A stretch of DNA of 64,000 bases from a bacterium (GTDB taxonomy: Bacteria; SAR324; JACQKK01), in NCBI GenBank assembly GCA_965240465.1, contig OZ251219.1, forward strand, positions 992,001 through 1,056,000, in the 5' to 3' direction. Within the stretch, counting starts at the first letter, position 1; each line of letters begins with the position of its first letter. The notes beneath the pieces were generated by a model. The model did no database searches. It worked only from the letters and a program-made list of their open reading frames with translations, and had not been told where the DNA came from. The position numbers were made by a program, and so were the translations under genes. Below are positions 40,577-49,159 of the stretch, piece after piece.

Positions 40577-41290
40577 ATGGATACTGATATGAATGAACCA
40601 TCTTTGGAAAGCAAGGTAGCACCGCTGCTTGCAGACAGTAAGGATTCTGAAAGTTCTGTTCCCTTACAAAAGCAAGCTGAATCCACCGGTGAGGAAACTC
40701 AGCCAGAAGGTTCAGTGCATGCTTCCTTGTTTGAGGGCGATCCCAACAAGAACTGGTATGTATTGCGTGCCCGTTCTGGGTATGAGCGCAAGGCACACGA
40801 TGCCATTCTGGCACGGCTTAAAAATAAAAAGATGGAACATCTGGTAGAAGATGTGTTTATCCCTGGAGAGGACGTAACTAGAATCAAGGCTGGTAAAAAG
40901 CGAAAAACCCACTTACTCTATTTTAATGGTTATGTGCTTATAAAGATGAAATTAACTAATGAATTGTGGCATCTGTTGATGGATGTTCCCAATATAAGCG
41001 GTTTTGTGGGAGGCACTAGTGAACAGCCTCGTTCTCTCAGCAAGAAAGAACTGACAGATATATCTTCCCTAATGAACGAGGGTATTCGTCAGGAGGTGAT
41101 GAAGGAAGAATACGAAGTCGGTCAGCATGTGATGATCATAGAGGGACCTTTTGCCAATTTCGCAGGAGAGATTGCCTCGGTAGAAACTGAAAAAAGCAAA
41201 CTACGGGTGATGATTAACATCCTCGGGCGGGCTACGCCAGTGGAATTAGACTTTACAAAAGTTCGTCATCACGTAGAAGAGAAACAATAA
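40577..41290 (+). CDS. nusG: Transcription factor NusG with acidic N-terminal extension
   Basis: WYVL..SGYE, FNGYVLI, KOW GPFANFAG, ILGRATPVEL. Confidence 0.95.
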   Translation: MDTDMNEPSLESKVAPLLADSKDSESSVPLQKQAESTGEETQPEGSVHASLFEGDPNKNWYVLRARSGYERKAHDAILARLKNKKMEHLVEDVFIPGEDVTRIKAGKKRKTHLLYFNGYVLIKMKLTNELWHLLMDVPNISGFVGGTSEQPRSLSKKELTDISSLMNEGIRQEVMKEEYEVGQHVMIIEGPFANFAGEIASVETEKSKLRVMINILGRATPVELDFTKVRHHVEEKQ

Positions 41291-41353
41291 CCACAGTTTA
41301 GCTGTGATGGATATTCCGGAAGTTAAACTAGTAATCTTCAATGAATTCAAGCT

Positions 41354-41791
41354 ATGGCAACAAAAACAAATAAAAAAATAACAGGCATCGTTAAAATGCA
41401 GCTCCCTGCTGGGGGAGCAAATCCTTCTCCTCCGGTAGGACCTGCTTTGGGTCAACACGGAGTAAATTTAATGGACTTCTGTAAGGCGTTCAATACTCTT
41501 ACTCAGTCACAAAAAGGGATGATTATCCCGGTAGTGATTACCATTTATGCTGATCGCTCTTTTAGTTTAATCACCAAAACACCTCCTGCCGCGGTATTGA
41601 TAAAAAAAGAGATCGGCTTGGAAAAAGGATCAGGCGAACCCAATCGTAAGAAGGTAGGCAAGATCAATCGGAAACAGCTAGAGGCAGTAGCAAAGATAAA
41701 AATGCCCGACCTAAATTGTCATGACTTGGATGTTGCGGTTAACATTGTAGCTGGTACAGCTCGTAGCATGGGTGTGGAAGTGGAAGGTTGA
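41354..41791 (+). CDS. rplK: 50S ribosomal protein L11
   Basis: [22 protein letters not shown]. Confidence 0.98.
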   Translation: MATKTNKKITGIVKMQLPAGGANPSPPVGPALGQHGVNLMDFCKAFNTLTQSQKGMIIPVVITIYADRSFSLITKTPPAAVLIKKEIGLEKGSGEPNRKKVGKINRKQLEAVAKIKMPDLNCHDLDVAVNIVAGTARSMGVEVEG

Positions 41792-41879
41792 CTTGGGTGT
41801 GGCAGGTAGGATAGGCATAGGCATTGATAGGATAGGGTTATGGCAGGTATATATTTTACTATTTGCATGAGGAGAAATT

Positions 41880-42569
41880 ATGTCTAAACCTAGTCGCAAA
41901 CGAAAAGAAGTATTGAAATTGCTGGCGGTAGACAAACGATATTCTCCCCAAGAGGCGGTGCGTCTGGTAAAAGAGACCGCCAAAGCTTCCTTTGATGAAG
42001 GAGTGGATGTAGCTGTGAATTTGGGAATTGATACTCGTAAATCGGAGCAGCAAGTACGGGGAACCGTACAACTGCCGCATGGAACTGGCAAAACCGTACG
42101 AGTGCTAGCCTTAGGCAAGGGAGAAGCTCTGGAAAATGCCAAAAAAGCAGGTGCTGATCATGTAGGAGGCGAAGAAGTAGTAAAAAAAATACTAACAGGC
42201 TGGTTAGAATTTGATCGTCTAGTAGTTGCACCTGATCTGATGGCGGAAGTCGGAAAAGCAGGAAAGGTACTTGGACCACGCGGGCTGATGCCTAATCCTA
42301 AATTGGGCTCGGTCACTCCCGATCTAGGACGAGCCGTGGAAGCTATCAAGGGTGGTCAGATTGAATTTAGGGTAGACAAAACGGGGATTATACATGCACC
42401 CTTGGGAAGAGTTTCCTTCAAAGAGGAGCAACTACAGGAAAATTTAGACACTCTTGTGAAAAGCATCCAACGCCTAAAACCATCTTCTGCTAAGGGGGTT
42501 TATTTGTGCAGCATGAGCATCAGTGCTACCATGGGTCCTGGCATTCCTGTTGATGTTAGTTCCTTTTAG
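41880..42569 (+). CDS. rplA: 50S ribosomal protein L1
   Basis: VRGTVQLPHGTGK, LGPRGLMPNPKLG, TMGPG. Confidence 0.98.
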   Translation: MSKPSRKRKEVLKLLAVDKRYSPQEAVRLVKETAKASFDEGVDVAVNLGIDTRKSEQQVRGTVQLPHGTGKTVRVLALGKGEALENAKKAGADHVGGEEVVKKILTGWLEFDRLVVAPDLMAEVGKAGKVLGPRGLMPNPKLGSVTPDLGRAVEAIKGGQIEFRVDKTGIIHAPLGRVSFKEEQLQENLDTLVKSIQRLKPSSAKGVYLCSMSISATMGPGIPVDVSSF

Positions 42570-42577
42570 CAGGAAGC

Positions 42578-42647
42578 AAGTAAGCACAGATTTGAGAAGC
42601 AGGCAAGTGCAGGTTGGGGGTAAGTAAGCACAGATTTGAGAAGCAGG
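42578..42647. repeat. 26-bp direct repeat x2 (AAGTAAGCACAGATTTGAGAAGCAGG) with 18-bp spacer
   Basis: Exact copies at 42578-42603 and 42622-42647 just after the rplA stop. Confidence 0.9.
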
Positions 42648-42806
42648 TTGGTACAGTTGGGAACAGTACGGCAACGCCGCAATAATTTCTCAGTATTTTT
42701 TGTGGTAACTAAAAATAATTTCCTAAAGTATGTTGCTATTGTATGTCAGTCTTGGCAGACTGCTGGAGTGTGTTTGGGTCTACCTAGACTAACACACAGA
42801 TGATAC

Positions 42807-42908
42807 TGTTGAAGACAGCAGGGGCTTTGTTTTTTATCGGCAAGGCTTAAACCGCTACCCCGCCAAAGCAGGTCACCTCTTGGGTCTTCGGTGGGAAATG
42901 ACCTGAGG
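42807..42908 (+). promoter_or_regulatory. L10 leader (rplJL autoregulatory RNA)
   Basis: AAGACAGCAGG...TTAA...CCCCGCCAAAG matches the L10-leader core; followed by a CAGGTCA..TGACCTG hairpin; upstream of rplJ. Confidence 0.65.
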
Positions 42909-43079
42909 TGTCGCAATATCTTGCAGTCTTTTCCAGTGCTGTCTTTTATTGAGTGTTTTTGATGCACAGCCAGCAGTGGTTGGTGGATCAATGCTTGGTT
43001 GACGGCTGGGTGTTTATGATGTGGTAAAAACCCGAGGATGAACTGTCAGGAAAAGGTAACAAAGTACCAGGACGAAATT

Positions 43080-43607
43080 ATGAGACGAGAAGAAAAAGAA
43101 AACCTAGTTAATGAATTACAAACTGTTTTTGCTGAGAATAAGGCAGTTTTTCTGCTGGATTATCGTGGGTTAGGCGTGGAACAGATTTCTGATATCCGCA
43201 AGCTCCTGCGAGAAGACCAAGCTAGCATGAAGGTGGTGAAGAATCGGATAGCTAAACTGGCAGTTAAGGATACTCCTTTTCAGGTGTTAGAAGAGTGTTT
43301 TGTAGAACCTCGGGCGATGGTGTTTTGCAAAGAGCCAGCAGCACCAGCCAAGGTTCTTAAAAAGTGTTTGGGAGAACTGGAAAATCTAGGTTACATAAGT
43401 GGATGTATAGTATCTGATGGTCAAGCCAGCCTGATGGATTTGGCGAGCCTAAACCAGCTGGGTAGCTTGCCCAGCCGAGCAGAATTGTTGGTGAAATTAT
43501 TGTACGTGATGCAATCCCCTAATACATTGCTGGTACGCACTCTGAATGAAATTCCCTCTAAGTTGGTGCGAATATTGTCTGCAATTGCTAAAAATAAAGG
43601 CAAATGA
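43080..43607 (+). CDS. rplJ: 50S ribosomal protein L10
   Basis: MRREEKE start, DYRGL, KVVKNR, LPSRAELL; synteny. Confidence 0.95.
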   Translation: MRREEKENLVNELQTVFAENKAVFLLDYRGLGVEQISDIRKLLREDQASMKVVKNRIAKLAVKDTPFQVLEECFVEPRAMVFCKEPAAPAKVLKKCLGELENLGYISGCIVSDGQASLMDLASLNQLGSLPSRAELLVKLLYVMQSPNTLLVRTLNEIPSKLVRILSAIAKNKGK

Positions 43608-43736
43608 AAGAGAATCCGTGTCAGTTTATGTTAATCAGATGGCTAAATTAAAGTGCTCTGATGTTAATGTATTGAATAATCGGTTATTGTTTATAGTTTT
43701 TTAATCCCCCTATTTTTGAAAGTAAGGAATGTAAAA

Positions 43737-44120
43737 ATGGCGAGTGTTACCAAAGAACAAGTGGTTGAGTTTATCTCTAATATGTCGGTTCTGGATTTAT
43801 CTGTGCTGGTAAAGGAGCTAGAAGAAAAATTTGGCGTCAGTGCGGCTGCCGCGGTAGTAGCAGCTCCAGCGGCTGGGGGTGCCGATGCTACTAAAGGCGA
43901 AGAAGCCAAAGACAGCTTCAATGTGGTTTTAACCGAAATAGGTAGCCAAAAAATAAATGTTATAAAAGAAGTGCGTGCTATCACCGGATTGGGACTGAAA
44001 GAAGCCAAAGACCTAGTGGAAGCCGCACCTAAGAGCCTTAAGGAAGACATCAGTAAGGAAGATGCAGACGAAATTAAGAAAAAATTAGAAGCCGCAGGTG
44101 CTAAGGTAGAGGTGAAGTAA
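43737..44120 (+). CDS. rplL: 50S ribosomal protein L7/L12
   Basis: [30 protein letters not shown]. Confidence 0.98.
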   Translation: MASVTKEQVVEFISNMSVLDLSVLVKELEEKFGVSAAAAVVAAPAAGGADATKGEEAKDSFNVVLTEIGSQKINVIKEVRAITGLGLKEAKDLVEAAPKSLKEDISKEDADEIKKKLEAAGAKVEVK

Positions 44121-44172
44121 TTCTACCTTTCTACTTGCTCGCATTGGCTGGAAAACCTGTAAGGAACCATCA

Positions 44173-44796
44173 GTGAATCCTGATGTGGATAAAAAAGAAT
44201 CCTCTGCTCGCTCGGGTGAGGGACTGTTCGCTCGTCTACTGGAATCTCGCACCATTGTGCTTTCAAGTGCCATAGATGCCAATATCACTCGTAATTTGAT
44301 ACAACAATTGGTGATATTTAATCACCAAAGCTCCAAAAAGCCTATTACCCTGATCTCCAACTCTCCCGGGGGCGATGTCTTCTCAGGGCTTGCCCTATAT
44401 GACATGCTACGCTTTATCTCAGCACCAGTCATCAGCATCATCACCGGGCTGGCAGCTAGCATGGGTTCTATCATTCCGCTGGCCGCCGACAAAGGACAAA
44501 GATATACCCTGCCCAATGCTAAATTCCTCATCCACCAACCCTTGATGACAGGATACCAAGGACGTGCCAGTGAATTGGAAATACAAGCAAATGAAATCCT
44601 GCGGGATAAAGAACGGATTATTTCCATCTACGCCCAACACACAGGAAAAAAACCTGAAAAAATTGCCCACGATATCGACCAAGATCACTGGATGGATGCC
44701 AAACAAGCCAAAGCATATGGCCTTGTTGATCAAATCATCTCCTCTGAAAAAGAACTGAAAGCATCCGCCAAATTGGTATCCTCAGTAAAAAAATAA
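44173..44796 (+). CDS. clpP: ATP-dependent Clp protease proteolytic subunit
   Basis: NSPGG, AASMG (Ser), IHQP (His), YGLVD. Confidence 0.92.
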   Translation: MNPDVDKKESSARSGEGLFARLLESRTIVLSSAIDANITRNLIQQLVIFNHQSSKKPITLISNSPGGDVFSGLALYDMLRFISAPVISIITGLAASMGSIIPLAADKGQRYTLPNAKFLIHQPLMTGYQGRASELEIQANEILRDKERIISIYAQHTGKKPEKIAHDIDQDHWMDAKQAKAYGLVDQIISSEKELKASAKLVSSVKK

Positions 44797-45039
44797 TGCT
44801 CTACGTGTTCTAAAGTGTAGGGATTCTGTAAAAAGCCCTCAATTTTCTAAGTGTTTAAGTATGTAATTACCTTAATTACTTGCAATACTATTTTTTTATG
44901 TAGTAAAATATTCATGTCGGAAAAAAATAACTTAAGCCCTCAAGGGCTATCTTAGTGGTGCTTGTCTCTTGGTGGGAGGGTATTGATGTAGGGAGGAATA
45001 GGTGTCATCCGCATGGAAGTGGGTGAGAAAGGGGAGTAA

Positions 45040-47136
45040 ATGGGTCTGCGGATTTGGTCAATTATTTCATTATGGGGATCACTTAGTATAGGAATTCTGG
45101 GGGGAGCATCGGTTTCATTAGCCGAAGTTCGGGTACTTCTATTGGGCGAAGAACCACAGTATTCTTTGTCTGGGAAGCTGGAGATACTTGAAGACAAAGC
45201 ACAGCAGGTGAGTTTGAATGACGTGCTTAAGGGAGGAGTCAGCAGTTCATTTTTGCCTCAGAATGACAATCGGCATTTGAATTTTGGGGTGGTGAACAGT
45301 TCTTATTGGTTGCGGGTACGTTTGCAAGCGGATCACCCTCAGCGGCGTGACTGGTACTTACGAATTGGCAATCCTCATCTTGATGAGGTGGTACTGACAC
45401 TGGTACGGGATGGTCGGGTGGTTAAAACTTATCGCATGGGGGATAGTCAGCCTTTTCAGGAGCGTCCATTTCAGCATCGTTTATTTATCTTTCCTTTTGA
45501 AACAGAGGCGGGGGAAGAATTAGAGATGCTGATGCAGGTACGGATTGATGGCAGAGGATTTTTGCCTTTGGATATTATTTCTCCTGCTGTCCTGATGCGA
45601 GATTCTGCTAGGATGCAGATGTTTTTTGGGGTGATTTTTGGCATGATGCTAGTGGCATTTTTATATGCCTTGCTGGGGAACCTAGCCAACAGTGGAGAGG
45701 AAAACATCTGGCTTTGGTGCTATTTGCTGTCTTTAATAATGTTTAATCTTGCACAGGAAAAGCTGGATTTTGCGTTCCTATTGTCTTCATGGCCGGTCTT
45801 GTCAAATCATCAGGCTTCATTGTGGGGCAACTTGATGCTGGCAGCTGCTTGTTTATTTTGTGTTCGTTATTTTCAAACCGAAAAAAATACCCCGCGGCTA
45901 GACAAAGCCTTAAAGATGCAAGCGGGAATACAATTACTGGGGATGAGTCTTCTATTCTGGAACACTCAAGCTAGCCTAACCTTTGTATGCATCTTTGGGG
46001 GTGCCACTTGGCTACTGATCTTGGCCACGGGCATCATCTATCTGAGGCATTGTGAAACACGGGCAAAGCTTTTTCTGGTGAATTGGGGGGGAGTAATTTC
46101 AGGGGCTATTATACATATATTGCAGCTACAAGGTGTGATTCCCCACAATGTATTCACTACGAATGCTTTCTTTGTTGGTGCTGGAATACAAGCCTGCTCC
46201 TTAGTTTTGAGCTTATCTTACAATCTTAGTCAGACAAAAAATACCTTCAGAGATGCACTTCACCAAACTGTTCGCCGTGAATGCCATGTTTCTGAACTTT
46301 ATCGCTCGCTGGAAAAATTTATCCCTACTGAAAAGCTTTCCATGATGGGTAAAAAAGATCTAACCGATATTGAACTAGGCGATTATACCAAACGCAACAT
46401 GACCGTCCTGTTCTCTGATATTCGTTCCTTTACCTCTATGTCTGAAAATATGTCTCCAGAGGATAACTTCCGATTTCTGATTTCCTACTTAAAGCGTATG
46501 GAGGCCGCGGTAAGAAATCATAAAGGGTTTATTGATAAATACACCGGCGATGGCGTGATGGCTCTATATCCGGGAAGTGCTGATAATGCCGTTGAATCAG
46601 CTATTGCCATGCAGAAAAGCGTCAGAGAGCAAAACCATATTAGAAAAAAATATGGGCATGTTCCTATTCAAGTGGGCATCGGTTTGAATACCGGACCCTT
46701 AATTATGGGATTCCTAGGAGGTAGTGGATACATGGAAAGCACCGTGATCAGCGATGCCGTTAATACAGCCAGTCGCACGGAAGAACTGACTAAGGTATAT
46801 GGTAGTAAGGTAATAATCACTGATAATACATTGAAATCACTACATAAACCTGATAATTTTGTACTACGAGAATTAGATAAAGTGGAGGTGAAGGGAAAAA
46901 GTAAATTTGTACAAATTTATGAAGTGCTCAATGCCGAAGAAGATATTCTCTTTAATGCCAAGCAGGAAACTTTGAGTGATTTCCAAAAAGGACGCAATTT
47001 GTATGAACAAGAAAGATATTCAGAAGCGGCTGCTTGTATGCGTCGTTGTGTGGAATCTTGTTCAATGGACAAGGCTGCTGGTATTTGGCTGGGGCGTTGT
47101 CATCAGAGGATGAACCAGGGAGCCATTACATCATAG
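45040..47136 (+). CDS. Membrane sensor class III adenylate cyclase (7TMR-DISM extracellular + 7TM + cyclase)
   Basis: Signal peptide, YWLRVRL/GDSQPFQERP DISM-like domain, TM block, LFSDIRSFT, IDKYTGDG, DAVNTASR. Confidence 0.88.
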   Translation: MGLRIWSIISLWGSLSIGILGGASVSLAEVRVLLLGEEPQYSLSGKLEILEDKAQQVSLNDVLKGGVSSSFLPQNDNRHLNFGVVNSSYWLRVRLQADHPQRRDWYLRIGNPHLDEVVLTLVRDGRVVKTYRMGDSQPFQERPFQHRLFIFPFETEAGEELEMLMQVRIDGRGFLPLDIISPAVLMRDSARMQMFFGVIFGMMLVAFLYALLGNLANSGEENIWLWCYLLSLIMFNLAQEKLDFAFLLSSWPVLSNHQASLWGNLMLAAACLFCVRYFQTEKNTPRLDKALKMQAGIQLLGMSLLFWNTQASLTFVCIFGGATWLLILATGIIYLRHCETRAKLFLVNWGGVISGAIIHILQLQGVIPHNVFTTNAFFVGAGIQACSLVLSLSYNLSQTKNTFRDALHQTVRRECHVSELYRSLEKFIPTEKLSMMGKKDLTDIELGDYTKRNMTVLFSDIRSFTSMSENMSPEDNFRFLISYLKRMEAAVRNHKGFIDKYTGDGVMALYPGSADNAVESAIAMQKSVREQNHIRKKYGHVPIQVGIGLNTGPLIMGFLGGSGYMESTVISDAVNTASRTEELTKVYGSKVIITDNTLKSLHKPDNFVLRELDKVEVKGKSKFVQIYEVLNAEEDILFNAKQETLSDFQKGRNLYEQERYSEAAACMRRCVESCSMDKAAGIWLGRCHQRMNQGAITS

Positions 47137-47261
47137 GGATCTTAGGCAAATATCGAAGGGATGGCACAAGATACAAAAATGTGTCAATATAGGACTGAAG
47201 GGTTCGGTATATGGATATTGGTAGTTAATTTGTGATGGATTGATAAAAAGCGGAGGCTACC

Positions 47262-49097
47262 TTGGACGCCCATACCATTGCATTAGTCAAAGAGCGTGCC
47301 GATATCGTACAGATTATCGGTGAGCATGTACAGTTGCGTGCTAGTGGTCAGGGTTATAAGGGCTTATGCCCTTTTCATCAGGAGAAGACCCCGTCTTTTA
47401 CGGTGAACGCGGCCCGGGGTTTTTTTCATTGTTTTGGCTGTGGCAAAGGGGGGAGCGTAGTGGATTTTGTCATGGAACGGCAGGGAATGGAATTCCGTGA
47501 AGCACTCTGTTGGCTAGCAGAAAGAGTGGGAGTGGAAATATCATCGGGATCATCGGGCAAAGATCGTGGACAAGCAGACCGTTCTGCAGAGGCTTTGCGA
47601 TTGGCAACCGAGATTTATCATCAGCAATTGATAAATGAGCCATCAGGGGAGGAATCTCGGACGTACCTGCGGAATAGAGGTTTTCAAGAGGAAGATTGGT
47701 GCAGTTTCAAGATAGGGGCTGCTTGGGATGATTGGCAGGGACTGTTGAGTAGATTGAGTGGTAAGCTTGATAAGGAATCAATTCTAAAATCGGGTTTGGT
47801 AGGCAAAAGCAAGAGCGGTCGTATTTACGATTGGATGCGGGCCCGGGTGGTATTTCCTATTCAAGATGTTAGCGGGTACACCATCGGGTTTGGGGGACGA
47901 TTGATAAAGGATGATGCCTCACAGCCTAAGTACATTAATACTCCCGAAACCGTTCATTATCGCAAACATCGGGTTTTGTTTGGCTTGCCTCAGGCAATTG
48001 ATGCTTGGAATAAGTCAAAGCGAGCCTTATTGGTAGAGGGATATCTGGATGTGTTGCGTATGCATCAGCATGGTTTTTCAGAATCGGTAGCTAGCTGCGG
48101 CACTTCCCTAACTGTTGAGCATGTGGCATTTATTAAGCGTCATGTTAAGGAAGTACTGCTGCTATTTGATGGAGATGCAGCTGGAGTGCGTGCAGTTACT
48201 CGTTCGGCAGCCATGCTATTGGAAAGTGAGCTGGACGTTCAAGTGGTCTCGCTACCTGATAAACTGGATCCCGATGATATATTGCAGCAACGTGGTTCAT
48301 CAGCAATGCACCAAGCATTGGAAAATGCCAAACCACTGCTAGAATATTTAGCATGGGCAACCTTTCAGCAGTTTCCCCAGTCCATCCAAGGCAAGCAACA
48401 GACCTTAAAATCCTTAGCTGATACTCTTCAGGTAGCCAAGCCAACCACCAGAGCCCTGGCCATCCGACATTTAGCAGATTTGCTAGGTCTTGATACTGCC
48501 AGCGTGCAATCCCAAATGAAATCAAGCTCCAAGCTACAGAAAGCATACTCCCACTCATCAAGCTCTCATGATTCCATTGTACTCCCATCCATAACCGAAA
48601 GAGAAAAACGCATTTTTGCACTATTGGCTTGGCATTCTTCCTTGGCAGGCAGTGCTAGTACCCTCCTTCAACCCGGTGATTTTAGCTCAGAAATGGCTTG
48701 TAGCGTTTTTAAGCGTTTAATATCATCTCCTGCGGATAGACTAGGGGCCGATTCTTCCACTGCTGAGAACTCCTCTTCCCAAGCCATGAATCATACCCAG
48801 CAAGAAGAACTTTTGCTGAGGACCATACTCGCAGAAAAACCACTCCACGTCCAAGCAGCCGAAAACCCCGAAGCTGCCTTGCGGGCAGAAATCTATTACC
48901 TAAAACGTCCCAGATTGCTTGAACTACGCCGTGCTTGGCTAAAAGCCCTCAATACTCCTCAAGCAGAGCTTGCTCACCAACGCTGGAAAAAAGCAGAAAG
49001 ATCTATGGCAAACCTAAAGCCATCCCGTAACACTTACCAACCGCCAGCAGAATGGTGTCTCCGAGAACCTAGCCCTTCAATCCCAGCCAATGAGTAA
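47262..49097 (+). CDS. dnaG: DNA primase
   Basis: CPFHQEKTPSF..CFGC zinc finger, FGGR, KYINTPET, VEGYLDV, FDGDAAG, DPDD. Confidence 0.96.
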   Translation: MDAHTIALVKERADIVQIIGEHVQLRASGQGYKGLCPFHQEKTPSFTVNAARGFFHCFGCGKGGSVVDFVMERQGMEFREALCWLAERVGVEISSGSSGKDRGQADRSAEALRLATEIYHQQLINEPSGEESRTYLRNRGFQEEDWCSFKIGAAWDDWQGLLSRLSGKLDKESILKSGLVGKSKSGRIYDWMRARVVFPIQDVSGYTIGFGGRLIKDDASQPKYINTPETVHYRKHRVLFGLPQAIDAWNKSKRALLVEGYLDVLRMHQHGFSESVASCGTSLTVEHVAFIKRHVKEVLLLFDGDAAGVRAVTRSAAMLLESELDVQVVSLPDKLDPDDILQQRGSSAMHQALENAKPLLEYLAWATFQQFPQSIQGKQQTLKSLADTLQVAKPTTRALAIRHLADLLGLDTASVQSQMKSSSKLQKAYSHSSSSHDSIVLPSITEREKRIFALLAWHSSLAGSASTLLQPGDFSSEMACSVFKRLISSPADRLGADSSTAENSSSQAMNHTQQEELLLRTILAEKPLHVQAAENPEAALRAEIYYLKRPRLLELRRAWLKALNTPQAELAHQRWKKAERSMANLKPSRNTYQPPAEWCLREPSPSIPANE

Positions 49098-49159
49098 ATT
49101 CGTGTTTTTTGTAAAGCATATGGTTCTCAATCGGATAAGGGTGACAATGCGAGTTACTC

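Noticed and set aside
42578-42647. Repeat-spacer-repeat as a mini-CRISPR
   Set aside because: Only two repeats, an 18-bp spacer, no palindromic repeat, no cas genes; lies in a ribosomal operon spacer.
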